Source of the DNA: Ruditapes philippinarum
Lineage: Eukaryota
Assembly (NCBI RefSeq): GCF_026571515.1
Contig: NW_026854186.1
Span: 310,001 to 374,000, forward strand
Direction of reading: 5' to 3'
DNA length: 64,000 bases
The position numbers and the translations under genes were made by a program. Position 1 is the stretch's first letter. Each line of letters starts with the position of its first letter. The notes under the pieces were generated by a model, which worked only from the letters and a program-made list of their open reading frames with translations, had not been told where the DNA came from and ran no database searches. Of the stretch, positions 1 to 12,654 are shown piece after piece.

Positions 1-96
1 ACTTTTGAATGACGCTAAATGAGGTTTTTCAATTATCAGTGATTTGAATGTTACAATTACAAATAATAAAGAAAAACTGACATATAAATGTTGCAG

Positions 97-3000
97 GTGG
101 GACTTTTAGATGTAGACTTATGTGGTCCAAGTGTACCAAAGATGTTTGGTGTGGAAAGGAGTGACATTCATCAGTGTCCTGAAGGGTAGGTGACTTTTCC
201 AACTGAATTCAATTGTGTTTAATTGTTAATGAAAAAAAATACATATAATTTATTTCAGTATTAATTTGTGAAATACATGGACATAAAAAATTTCTGCCAA
301 TCACTATTTATCCTTTGTTACAAAAATATGAGCAGTCTATAACTGTTTCCAGACAGATAACACAAAAAGAAAATAGTGTATGCTGGTTTGAGTAACAAGA
401 GCTGTCCAAGAAGCAGCACACTCCATTTTTTGTCAGTGCAGGATAGTATGTTAAAGCAAAGAAGGGCAAAGTAGGGAAGGGGGCATACTTATGCATAACT
501 GATAGTGGAATTACCTGCCCTTAATCTTTTTTATGAGATGATTACTTTTTTCTAAACGCCAGGCCTAAAGCACTGTGAGGCTAAAACGGTTAAATTGTGT
601 TTGCACAAGAAAATCTCATATTTGCTGTGTTCCGGATAGCAACTGTAACACTGTGATGTAGCGCATAGTCACGGGCTGATTATAGTCTTCATTTGCACGT
701 TAAAATTCGTATATGAAGTTTAGTGTTACCATTGGGTTTCCCGATTAAAATCATAATTTATGAACAATATTTGATGAGATTTACAACAATACTGTAATTA
801 AGATTAATGAAACTGTATAATGCTTGGTTTTACGGCCAACCGCAAAATATTTTTATGCACCCGCCATAAAATGGCTAGGGCATATAGTGTTACCCCGTTC
901 TTTCATTCCATCCTTCTGTCATCATCAGTTTCCGTTCATTATTTTGGTAACGGTTGCACACATTCAACTGAAATTTGACAAATGGATATATAATAGGAAA
1001 ATGCAGGTCATTTTTTAATTTGGTCATTGTCCGAGAATTTTGGCTGAGTTATGCATCTTGATGAAATTTTCAGTTTCGTTCATTATCTTCCCAACGGTAG
1101 TACACATCTCACTAAATTTCTACTGAAGGGAATGGATTGAAACTTCACACACTTGTTCTCTGTGATTATCTAACATGATTGGCACAAGTCCCATAACTCT
1201 GATTGCTTTTTGCATAATTATGCCCCTTTTTCGACTTAGAAATTCTTGGTTAAGTTTTTGTGTGTAAGCTGCTATCTCCATAACTACTGAAGGGAATGGA
1301 TTGAAACTTCACACACTTATTCTCCTTGATTATCTAACATGATTGGCACAAGTCCCATAACTCTGATTTGCTTTTCTGCATAATCAGCCCCTTTTTTGAC
1401 TTAAAAATTCTTGGTTAAGTTTTTGCGTGTAAGCTGGTATCTCCATAACTACTGAAGGGAATGGATTGAAACTTCACACATTTGTTCTCTGTGATTATCT
1501 TACATGATTGGCACAAGTCCCATAACTCATGATTTGTTTTTAGCTCACCTGTCATAAAGTGACAGGGTGAGCTTTTGTGATCGCTTTTCGTCCGGCGTCC
1601 GTCCGTCGTCCGTCCGTCCGCACTCACAGGAGAGTAATTATGTGGCTAGAGGGACAATAGGTTCTCTTTGATGTCATTCATTCCGTAATGCTTTTATGTG
1701 GCTATTTTTCTTTTGCGTGGCTAAAAGAACAATAGAGAGAACAATAGAGTAGCCACATAATTACTGTCCTGTGAGAACGTCCGTCCGTCCGGCGTCCGTC
1801 CGTAAACTTTTACTTTAAATGACATCTCCTCATAAACCACTAAGCCAATTTCATCCAAACTTCACAGGAATGTTCCTTTAGTGGTCACCTTTAAAAATTG
1901 TTCAAAGAATTTAATTCCACGCAGAACTCTGGTTGCCATGGCAACCGAAAGAAAAAACTTAAAATATCTTCTTTTAAAAAACCATAAGAGCTAGAGCTTA
2001 GATATTTGGCATGAAACATCTACTAGTGAGTGTCTACCAAGTTTGTTCAAATAAAAGCCCTGGGGTCAAAATTGGCCCCGCCCCGGGGGGTCATTGATTT
2101 TCCCTATATGCATATAGTAAAAACTTAAAAAATCTTCCTTTAAAGAACCCAAAGAGCTAGAGCTAAGATATTTAGCATGAAACATGTTCTAATGGGTGTC
2201 TACCAAGTTTGTTCAAATAAAAGCCCTGGGGTCAAAATTGGCCCTGCCCCAGGGGGTCATTGATTTTCCCTATATGCATATAGTAAAAACTTAAAAAATC
2301 TTCTTTTAAAGAACCAAAAGAGTTAGAGCTAAGATATTTAGCATGAAACATGTTCTAATAAGTGTCCTACAAAGTTTGTTCAAATAAAAGCCCTGGGGTC
2401 AAAATGGCCCGCCCCGGGGGGTCATTGATTTTCCCTATATGCATATAGTAAAAACTTAAAAAATCTTCTTTTAAAGAACTCAAAGAGCTATGGCTAAGAT
2501 ATTTAGCATCAAACATGTTCTAATAGGTGTCTACCAAGTTTGTTCAAATAAAAGCCCTGGGGTCAAAATTGGCCCTGCCTTGGGGGGTCATTGATTTTCC
2601 CTATATGCATATAGTAAAAACTTAAAAAATCTTCTTTTAATGAACTCAATGAGCTATGGCTAAGATATTTAGCATCAAACATGTTCTAATAGGTGTCTAC
2701 CAAGTTTGTTCAAATAAAAAGCCCTGGGGTCAAAATTGGCCCCGCCCCGGGGGTCATTGATTTTCCTTATATGTGTATAGCAAAAACTTAAAAAAATCAT
2801 CTTTGAAAAAACCCAAATAGCTAGAGTTAAGATATTAAGCATGAAACATCTTTTAGTGAGTGTCTACAAAGTTTGTTCAAATAAAGCCCTTGGGTCAAAA
2901 TTGGCCCCGCCCCGGGGGTCATTGATTTTCTTTATATGTGTATAGCAAAAACTTAAAATCTTCTTTGAAAAAACCCAAATAGCTAGAGTTTAGATATTAA

Positions 3001-6000
3001 GCATGAAACATCTTCTAGTAAGTGTCTACAAAGTTTGTTCAAATAAAAGCCCTGGGTCAAAACTGGCCCGGCCCCATGGGTGTCATTGTTTTTAACTATA
3101 TGTGTATAGTAAAAACTTAAAAAAAATCTTCTTTTAAAAAGCCCAATGAGCTAGAGCTTAGATGTTTAGCATGAAACATCTTCTTATGGGTGTCTACCAA
3201 GTTTGTGCAAATAAAAGCCCTTGGGTTAAATTGGCCCTGCAACGTTGGGGGGGGGGGGGTTGGGGGGCCTATATACAGGTGAGCGACCTCAGGGCCATCA
3301 TGGCCCTCTTGTTTCATGATTATGCCCCTTTTTCGACTTAGAAATTCTTGGTAAAGGTTTTGCTTGAAAGCTGGTATCTCCATAACTACTGAAGGGTTTG
3401 TGCCTTTTTATATTATATTATACCCCCTGGCGTCCGTCCGTTAGCAATTTGGTTTCCGGAGCATAACTTAAGTTCCATTTGGCCCACAACATTCAAACTT
3501 CATAGGATGATTGCCCATATTGGGTAGAAGACCCCTATTGATTTTAGGGTCACAAGGTCAAGGTCACTATTAACTGAAAACAGTTTCCGGAGCATAACTT
3601 AAGTTTCATTTGGCCCACAGTGTTCAAACTTCATAGGATGATTGTCCATATTGGGTAGAAGACACCTATTGATTTTAGGGTCACAAGGTCAAAGGTCAAG
3701 GTCACTATTACCTTAAAACTGAAAACAGTTTCTGGAGCATAACTTAAGTTCCATTTGGCCAACAATACTCAAACTTTATAGGAGGATTGCTATTGGAAGG
3801 AGGTAATACTTTATTATGCCCCCGCCATGTAATGGCCGGGGCATATAGTGTTACCCTGTTCCGTCATTCCGTCCTTCCGTCCTTCCGTCATTCTGTCATT
3901 CCGTCATCATCAGTTTCCGTTCATTATCTTAAGAACGGTTGCACACATTCAACTCAAATTTGACATATGGATATGTCATGAGAAAATACAGGTCAAGTTC
4001 GAATTTGGTCATGGTTCGATGATTTTTGGCAGAGTTATGCCCCTTTTACTTTGAAAATAATATGAAATTTCAGTTTCCGTTCATTATCTCCCCAACGGTA
4101 CAACACATTTAACTCAAACTTGACATATGGATATGTCATGAGAAAATACAGGTCAAGTTCGAATTTGGTCATGGTTCTATGATTTTTGGCAGAGTTATGC
4201 CCCTTTTACTTTGAAAATAATATGAAATTTTCAGTTTCCGTTCATTATCTCCCCAACGGTACAACACATTCAACTCAAACTTGACATATGGATATGTCAT
4301 GAGAAAATACAGGTCAAGTTTGAATTTGGTCGTGGTTTGATGATTTTTGGCAGAGTTATGCCCCTTTTACTTTGAAAATAATATGAAATTTTCAATTTCC
4401 GTTCATTATCTCCCCAAAGGTACAACACATTCAACTCAAACTTGACATATGGATGCGTCAAAGGAATGTGCAGGTCAAGTTCAAATTTGGTCATGGTTCA
4501 ATGATTATTGTCAGAGTTATGCCCCTTTCACATTGAAAGTAATATGAAATTTTCATTTTCTGTTTATTATCTCCCCAATGGTGCAACACATTCAACTCAA
4601 ATTTGACATATGGATATGTTTTTGGAATGCCCAGGCCAAGTTCGAGTTTTGGTCATGGTTCAATGATTTTTGGCAGAGTAATGCCCCTTTCACTTTGAAA
4701 ATAATATGAAATTTACAGTTTCTGTTCATTATCTACCCAACAGTGTTACATATTCAACTTAAATTTGACATATGGATATGTCAAACGAATGGGCAGGTCA
4801 AGTTGGAATTTGGTCATGGTTTGATGATTTTTTGGCAGAGTTATGTCCCTTTCACTTTGAAAATAATATAGATACATCTTAGGAATAAGCAGTTTAAGTT
4901 TGAATTTGGTTGTAGTTCAATGATTTAAGACAAACTTATCTTTCCTGAATGTTGGAAAAATTTTGAACTTTCAGTTTCAGCACTCTTACTTTTAGCCATT
5001 ATTTTGGCTACAAATATGCAATATGCTATTTTTAAAAGGTTTAGACTGAATAATTTCAGTGCCTTGAACATTGTATGAAAATGGTTTGTGTTAACATTGA
5101 AAAGTTTTAAGGGCTTTGAACTTAAAATGAAAAAAAAAAATTAATGCACCATCTGAAATTTTGGCTGCATGCGGGGGCATCCGTGGCATGATGACACATT
5201 TCTAGTTTAATTTATGTAATGTCTTACAAATGCTTCATCCTTAATATAAAAAAAACACTTTCGGGCATATAATGCTCTGCCTAGCGGTGCTCTTGTTTAA
5301 GACAATTTTATGCATTCATAACAATAAAGCAGTGATTTACTCGATAAAACATCTTAATATCAAGCCTTTGTACCTATTCGGACAATTTTATGTATTCATA
5401 TAGGTAAGCATTATTATACTCAATGAAACACCCTTGTGACAACTTTTTGAATAGTCGAGCGTTACTGTCCTCCGACAGTTCTTGTTCCAGAATGAGGTAA
5501 CTAAAATGTTACCCATTAGTGATGTGACAGCTTTTCATTTATTTATTAATACAAGATTTTAAATGTTATAACTACAGATGGCTACCAGTGTATGTAGACA
5601 AGGAACAGAGACTAGGTGTGATGTCAATAGGTTTCCTTATAGAAGGAAAAGATGATGCTGTTGTGTGGAGAGGACCAAAGAAAAATGGTAATAGAAATAT
5701 GTATAATCTATATTTTATAGGGAAGACCTGTCTTGCCAGCTGAAAAATAGCCAAGGTTCACATACCATGTAGCTCCTGTTATTTTCAAATCCTACATGGA
5801 CAGAAGTTAAGCTTACATTGAAAAGTTAATCGGTCATATTGATTACTGTTGTGTCTGTCCATACTTTTCAAGAACTTTGTTATTGGAAATTAACAAGTTA
5901 ACAATATTTGTAAATTGATTTTCATTTTTCATTTAAAGCATTTGGATTCAGTTTTGTAAAGGAATACAGTTAACATATTTTACTTCTCTGATTTGTTTTC

Positions 6001-9000
6001 AATATCTTTAGTGTTATGGCTTTTACTTGGATTTTATTTGGTACAGTCCACTGGTGTTCTATAATGGTGTTTATTAGGTGAAGGGTTTATTTCAATAATG
6101 ATATTGTTTATTGTCTTTTGTTATGACCTACAGACATGTTATATTTATATTTGATATTCAGCTATGATCAGACAGTTTTTAAGTGATGTAGTTTGGCGGG
6201 ATATTGACTACCTTGTTATAGATACACCACCTGGAACATCAGATGAACATATTACTGTGATAGAAAGTCTCAAATCTTACTGTCCAGATGGGGCTTTACT
6301 GGTGACTACACCACAGGTTTGTAATATTATATGAGCCGCATCATGACAAAACCAACATAGTGCGTTTGCGACCAGCATGGATCCAGACCAGCCTGCGCAT
6401 CCGCGCAGTCTGATCAGGATCCATGCTGTTCGCTATCAGTTTATCTACTTGTAATAGGGTTGGTAAGCGAACAGCATGGATCCTGATCAGACTGCGCAGA
6501 TGCGCAGGCTGCTCTGGATCCATGCTGTTCGCGAACCCATTATGTTGGTTTTGTCATGGCATGGCTCATATTATAATAAATTATCATGTACTATATAAAA
6601 TATGACTTTTGAGTTTTCAACACAAGAGAAATTATTTCTGTAAATGAAATATTCTTTGAATTTTTTTGTTGAGTTTGAAACCCATATGTCAGCAACTGGA
6701 CCAGTGGAGTTAATAAATACAAGTATCAGTTTGATATAGACAAATGACTATTTTAATCTTCTAAATTCTTACTGTTTCTGAACTTCTTAGTTTTAAATCT
6801 GTAATTACAGTTGTGTGCTGCCATTCATACTACATAGAATAGTAGCAATTATCAGCTTTACTTTTTATACTCTCTAATGAACAGTGTAATATCTAAATAA
6901 ACACCCCCCCCCCCCCAAGTCATAGCTCCAGAATTAACAAAATCTGTCACTATCATTATGTCATATCAATGATAATTGTTTTTAATAAGTGATAAACTTC
7001 ACATTACACATTATAACTGACTGTTTTATTACACGTTTTAATTATAAATGTTTGAAGTAAATGTTATAAAGTAAATGAAACTAGATTAACATTACGAAAA
7101 CTTGATATAACATGTATTGTACATTTATTTAGGGTGTGGCAGTTGGAGATGTGAGAAGGGAGCTGACATTTTGTCACAAGACTGGAGTACCTATACTGGG
7201 TATTGTGGAAAATATGAGTGGATTTGCCTGTCCATGTTGTGGGGTACTTTAAATTGATTAATATACTAATATGATTATCATAATTGGCATGTGAATATAT
7301 GTCTATATAAGAAACCACTTATGTTAAAGTTTTTGTAATACCTCAAATATTTTCAAAGTCCATTGGCATATGGCTTTGAAACTTTGCACAATTGGTTACC
7401 ATCATGACCCCAACCTGTAGACAGGAGGAGGTAACTGTATCAAGCATTTTGACAGAATTATACCCCTTTTTGACTTAGAATTTACGTTTAAGTTTTTGTA
7501 ACACCTCAAATATTTACATATTCTATTGACATCTGGCTTTGAAACAAGTTGAAATTTTATACTCTTCTTTGAGAGCATACTAGGACTCTCTCCAAGGCCT
7601 ATAACTGTAACATGGATTTAAAGAAAAAAATTGCCCTTTTGTTTACTTAGAAAATTTTACATTATCAAGGCTCTTTTACTATCAAGCACTAAGAACAGTC
7701 GAGCATTGCTGTCCTACTGACAGCTCTTGTTTGTCATTATAAATAGTATTACTTTTATATATGCTTAATGCTCAGTGAAAGCTGAGTGCTTGGTCTATAT
7801 ACCTTCGCTTTGCAAGTGTGAGTCTAGTTTTCCATGATTATTCCGATATGGTTGAACAGTTTTAAATGTGGCATTAAATAAATGAAGAATATAAGAATGT
7901 CACGAGACTGGAATGAATAAACATAAGGGTAAACTGTTTAAGGTGGTAACAAGGCCTTGAAGAATTACTGCTTATCCGTTACTAGAAAGTCAGATAATGG
8001 AAGCCAATGTTTGATTCTTTTTATTGCCATATATATGTTATAGTTAACAAGACCAAAAACTTATATATTCTATTTAACAATATTTTTTTATAAAAGCATA
8101 TGAATTTACAACTTCAGTCATATCAGGTGAATGACATAATTTTGAGAGTGTAAACTGACATATTCTAGCACTGTTGCATAAACTAGATATTCCAGTCTGT
8201 TATAATATAAAACTAAATGCTTGTTTTATACATTGAAGATTAAATAAATATTTTGTTTGTTGATACAGGAAGTAACAAATGTGTTCTCTAAAGGAGGGGG
8301 AGAAGCTCTTGCAAAACAAGCTCATGTTCCTTTCTTAGGTAAGACAAAATTAAAATATTACAGGTGTAATTCTGCTGTAATAATATAGTAGAAAAAAAAC
8401 AACTAAACTACACTTAAATGTAACAGTTTATTAAATTTATCAACTTACGATCAATTTTAGTTTCAAAGTTTTTTCTTTAACATTTTTGTGTTATGCTATT
8501 TAAATCCCACATAGCCTCAACATCATAGCTTAACATTTAAGTCAGCAATTTCGCTCACTTTATCGTGATGATAGGCTTCTGTTGGGGAAACTAGCAGCAA
8601 TTACAACAGTTCTATGACACCAGCATAAATTTAGGTCAGACAGTAGTTATGTATCAGTCTGTTTAGGCTTTATATTGTTTACTAATCATTTCAGCCCTTA
8701 TTGATGTTAAAAGTAATAACCCATAATATATTAGACTTTACCAAAATCAAAGTATTATAAACACCCATTGATGGTTTCTATATAAACTGTGTAAATAACC
8801 GAGGTATAGGGAGTTATTTCCCTTATCTTCGAGTAAAATCGATATCTCTAATGCTAAAACAGTACAATTTTGGCCATTTGTAAACCGTTAATTAAAAGCG
8901 ATTTATTGTCCAATTTTAGTTTTTATTACACCAATAAAAAGTTTGTGATCTTAGCTTCATCTCAGTATATAAATCAACATCTCTTTAGACACCAAAGTAT

Positions 9001-9401
9001 TCACATTAATTGTTAAACCTACCACATGTCGGGCCATTTAATATACGATACAGAAAGATATGCAACCAGTATGCTGTCTGAACTTGCAAAATTACTGATA
9101 AGAAAAGCCTGTCATTGGCTTGTTCGGAAACTGTCAATTGGTGTATTTCAATTAAAACAAGAATATGTACTTATAAAGATCAAAGTAGGGGCGAAGTCTA
9201 GGGGGGTACTTGTTGAACTGGTACAAAATGCTGTATACAATGTAGCTGTGGTATATTTCAGGTTGTATTCCATTAGATCCACAACTTGCACAGTCTTTAG
9301 AGGAAGGGAAAGACTTTCAGGAATTATTTACACAATCTCCAACAAATAATGCCTTGAATGAAGTGTTAAAGAAACTCATAGCAGTTGATAAGGACTTCTA
9401 G
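97..9401 (+). CDS. NUBP2: Cytosolic Fe-S cluster assembly factor NUBP2/Cfd1 (Mrp/NBP35 P-loop NTPase), 3' six coding exons; 5' part lies upstream of the window
   Basis: GT-AG exons 97-185, 5578-5687, 6162-6316, 7133-7243, 8269-8338, 9262-9401 join in frame: [159 protein letters not shown]. These are diagnostic Mrp/NBP35 motifs; VRRELTFC and NVFSKGGGE favour NUBP2 over NUBP1. Confidence 0.93.
852..1115 (+). mobile_element. Truncated 5' head of a HINE of the same family as 3810-5207
   Basis: tttttatgcacccgccataaaatggctaggg-catatagtgttaccc and catcatcagtttccgttcattat match the head and first monomer of the 3810-5207 element. Confidence 0.65.
1537..3313 (+). mobile_element. Non-autonomous Helentron-associated element (HINE/pearl-like) with ~8 x 166-bp internal tandem array
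   Basis: 5' ttttagctcacctg and 3' caggtgagc subterminal inverted repeats; 5' hairpin ctgtca..tgacag; (CGTC)n microsatellite; monomer gtttgttcaaataaaagccc every ~166 bp (2041-3201); 3' hairpin agggccatcatggccct followed by cttgtt; inserted in a T-run. Confidence 0.85.
1623..1775. mobile_element. 153-bp MITE inserted in the (CGTC)n tract of the HINE
   Basis: 26-bp terminal inverted repeats ctcacaggagagtaattatgtggcta / tagccacataattactgtcctgtgag (1 mismatch); the microsatellite continues on both sides. Confidence 0.8.
3407..5297 (+). mobile_element. HINE-like element with ~135-bp array, split by the 3810-5207 element
   Basis: Head tttttat..tataccccc..cgtccgtccg; monomers cataacttaagttccatttggcc at ~3462, 3593, 3737; tail gggcatataa..gctcttgtt at ~5263-5297. 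Confidence 0.6.
3810..5207 (+). mobile_element. HINE with ~161-bp internal tandem array
   Basis: Head ttattatgcccccgccatgtaatggccggggcata; microsatellite (ccgtcatt/ccgtcctt)n; monomer tttccgttcattatct every 161 bp (3914-4718); tail gcgggggcat..gtggcatgatgacac..ctagtt. An inverted near-identical copy lies at 40998-42278. Confidence 0.88.
6333..6567. mobile_element. Palindromic MITE (Sola-like: GAG termini, ATAT target duplication), copy 1
   Basis: Nearly the whole element is an inverted repeat (gagccgcatcatgacaaaaccaacata..tatgttggttttgtcatggcatggctc), flanked by ATAT/ATAT; other copies at 23214 and 34709. Confidence 0.85.
7316..7731 (+). mobile_element. HINE remnant; related copy at 32013-32485 on the opposite strand
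   Basis: Tail gtcgagcattgctgtcctactgacagctcttgtt; internal ggctttgaaac and ctctccaaggcctata shared with 32013-32485. Confidence 0.7.
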
Positions 9402-10707
9402 CCGATGTACCGGTTTTTATTCTGTGCCATTGTTTGTTAAAAATATGTTCTACATAATGAAATTATTTAATGGTACAGCAAATGACTTGCAATACATTTA
9501 CATAAATTGGGGTGGGAGATGACTGTTGATTTTAGGGGGTGAGAGAAAGTTAAACTGTAAAGCATCTGAAAATCAGGCATAATAATTGGTTCAGATAGGT
9601 ACAGACCAAATCAGAAACTACAAATGGGGAAAAAATGTAATGGAGGTTAATGTGGGAAACTGTATTTTAGATAAAGTTTTTTGTTGCTGGTTCTCTCAGA
9701 AAGGTCAGGTCATCTTAAATTTACCATAGAATATTTTTTATATCTTGGTTATGTATGCTGTATATTTTACGATGATTTCTGTTTTCACACGAAAGACCAA
9801 TTTTCATTTGTCTGATTATTCAATCAACAGTTGTCAACCTTTAATTTTGTAAGAAAAAAACAAGGTTCATGTGCATAGATCTATCAAACATTTTCCCATT
9901 TAAATCACTGCATTTCTTTGTTCAACTTACACCAATTTTTCAAAAAGAACAGCAAAAAAATTTAAGCTTTAAATACATCATATTACTGTTGAAAAACAAA
10001 GAAAATCAGTGCTTGATTATCATCAGTATTATAATTATGTTAATGTTTTAATATTTGACATACTCTCAGACTTGAGTAGTAAAAGTGTTTATCTTTGTGT
10101 ATGACTAGAGTAAACATTTATGTTGATACCTGCTGTACTGTTTGTCTTAGAGCATGTAGAGTAGTTGAGATTATATTCATGGTTTAGAAACAAATATTTT
10201 CAATGTCTCACTGTATGTACATATCATAGTTAATATTTTTATAATAGATAAATAGTCATAAACAGAATTGACGTTTTCATATTTTATTTCTCCCTTCATA
10301 CAAGGATAATAAGTAATACTGTAAACAAACTTTACAAAATATTTAATTTAAAAAATAATAACAGAAAAATAAAATCAAAATCATCTGATTATTATCAAAT
10401 GATGATAAAAACAAAATTTTAAACTCTCGTACTTGGATAAAATTCTGTTACATGACCATTTTGCTGTGTCGTACAGTCGACTATTTTCTGTTTGTTGATT
10501 GGTAGAAAAAATAAGTTTAAATAGGACTTAAAGTAATTTCAGGTTTAAATTTAATAGTGAATGAAGTGGATTACCTGAATACTTTATACATGTATTGTGT
10601 TTCAATTACTGACAGACAACTGTTTGAAACAATCTGCAAACTTCTAGATGTACAAGTTATTGGATTATAAATTTAACCAATTAAAGTTAAAAAAATAGTA
10701 CCACCTT

Positions 10708-10854
10708 GGCCCGAGGTTATAAAAGTTTCGTCCGAGTTTTGTCTCAAATCTCATGTTTTTCATTGATCAGTGAATATTCTAAGGCAGTTCCTGACCAATC
10801 AAATACCTGAGATCTGTGTTTGAATTAAGAGCATGTCTTTATAACTTCAGGCCC
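10708..10854. mobile_element. Short MITE (PIF/Harbinger-like termini)
   Basis: Terminal inverted repeats ggcccgaggttataaaa / tttataacttcaggccc. Confidence 0.6.
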
Positions 10855-11102
10855 AGTTCTTTATCCATACATTGTAAACATATCTCCATATCACAGTACT
10901 TATAAATACTAGTTCATACATTGTATACAATTATTAAATAAAAGAAAAAAATCTGTACTAGCATATAAAAAATGCAGAACAAATGCTATTTAAACATATT
11001 TATCGTATCACAGACATGACATAGTAAAATATCACAGACAACTTGTATAGTAGTTTATACTAACTCTTTTTAGTTCATTTGTGTTAGTAGCTATAAGCTT
11101 AT

Positions 11103-11205
11103 TGAAACGCTCTTGAATCTGTTCCTGGAATCAACCAGTACTAAGCAATGAATGTAAAGTTCCTTGCCTTGGCTTGCCCCCGACAGGGTTTGAACCCATG
11201 AGGCC
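11103..11205 (-). mobile_element. tRNA-derived SINE remnant with Meta-domain-like central region
   Basis: Minus strand reads gggttcaaaccc (B box), then caaggaactttac..attgcttagtactggttgattccaggaacagattcaagagcg, resembling the Meta domain of mollusc MetaSINEs (from recall). Confidence 0.6.
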
Positions 11206-11601
11206 ACATATTGAAATGTTGACAGAAATTAGCAGAAGTTCTGAGTTTTTAGAAGCAAAAAGTATATATATTAAAATTAACCAATAGAATAGAATTACTA
11301 TAAATGAAAGCATTTAAAACATGAATTCACAGGGTGTAGCACATAAACATGGATATTATGCTGGAGGAATAATGTAACAATACAATCATAAGATAAACAT
11401 AGCATAAATTGTTGTGTCAGTCCAATGTTACTAGTAAAATCACCATGTTTCTGAATGATTATTAAGTGTCTGATCTTTGTTTATAAAAATACAACTCCGT
11501 GACAGTCATACATGAAGTACTAGTAAGATAGGACAATTGAATATCAAACATTTAAATATGCATGTCCAGAAAACAATAACAGATAAAATTATATAGTAAT
11601 A

Positions 11602-12137
11602 CGAGGGTATATCAAAAAGTTTTTACTCAATTGGGCCACTTCTAGAAAATATTTATTTTGACATAAACAAAACTATTGAAAATAATTCAGTGCAAGAAAT
11701 TTTACAAGTTTTTTTTTTATATTACAATAATTAGCAAAATTGTGAAATTGTATACACTGTTTTATTTCCTGCACAATAATGAGCACAAATTTTAAATAAG
11801 TCTTATATCAAAGAGCATGATCATTAAATGATCTAGATAACAAATTCACAAAGCACTGCAAACCATTTTCTAATGGCAGAGAAATTGTTCAGGATCTTAT
11901 TTTCCTTATTTGCTAAAAATTATAAGTCTACGTTTCCTGCTTACAGGAAGTACAGTACTGGTACATGTACCTCAGAGGTACACCAACGACAGACTGGTTT
12001 CCATTACTGCATTTCTTAATTAAGAAAAATGCATTTCTGATAATGGAGATCATTTTGTAGGAATGAAATATATTGATTCATTGTAATGCAGATTTTATTT
12101 TGTACAAGCATTAGAAAAACTTTTTGATACACCCTCG
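11602..12137. mobile_element. Tc1/mariner-type MITE
   Basis: TA target duplication and ~23-bp TIRs cgagggtatatcaaaaagttttt / aaaaactttttgatacaccctcg. Confidence 0.85.
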
Positions 12138-12654
12138 TATGAAAGAGATGAACAATAAATACATAAAATCAGATCATTCTTGCATAACATCAGATCTTTT
12201 AAAGTTGTACTCCTTAATCATAACACCAGACATAACTTTCCAATTATAATGTTTATGCATAAAACACATATTTTAACTTTTAAGGATAAATAAAGTTAGT
12301 TTGAACAAGCAAACTCTTTATAGGGGAAAAGTTAATTTTTAACAGTAGTATTTTAAGCAATCTAAGTGCCCAACACAATTAGATGAATTTATAGCCACTT
12401 AGTTACAGCATTCGTAACCTGGCATAGACATATTTACTATCACAAATATAAACTTGTTTCTATATGATAAGGACAAATTACATGGATGATAATAAATTCA
12501 CATATGTTGACATCAGCACAGATTGACATCTATGTAGGCTCTATACTGTTGGATACTAAAATCCAATTCTAATACATGTAGTCTGTCGGGAAAATCCATT
12601 ACATAAATTCAATAGAGTAAAGTGTGACTGTAGTTATCTGGTGCCGATGTGGTT

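Larger units (their letters stand above)
1116..5486 (+). mobile_element. Outer HINE-like element with ~165-bp array, interrupted by younger insertions
   Basis: Monomer actactgaagggaatggattgaaacttcacac at ~1120, 1283, 1448 resumes at 3314-3395. Terminal motif gaatagtcgagcgttactgtcctccgacagttcttgtt at ~5449-5486. Confidence 0.6.

Noticed and set aside
824-4494. Short ORFs within the HINE arrays (similar ones at 24724, 26050, 31789, 41016-43989, 51202-52803)
   Set aside because: Chance frames in repeat sequence; they recur only because the repeats recur.
9026-9349. 107-aa + strand ORF
   Set aside because: Mostly intronic and overlaps the last NUBP2 exon in the wrong frame.
97-9401. Bacterial mrp/apbC gene or horizontal transfer
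   Set aside because: Spliceosomal introns and eukaryotic NUBP2-type motifs.
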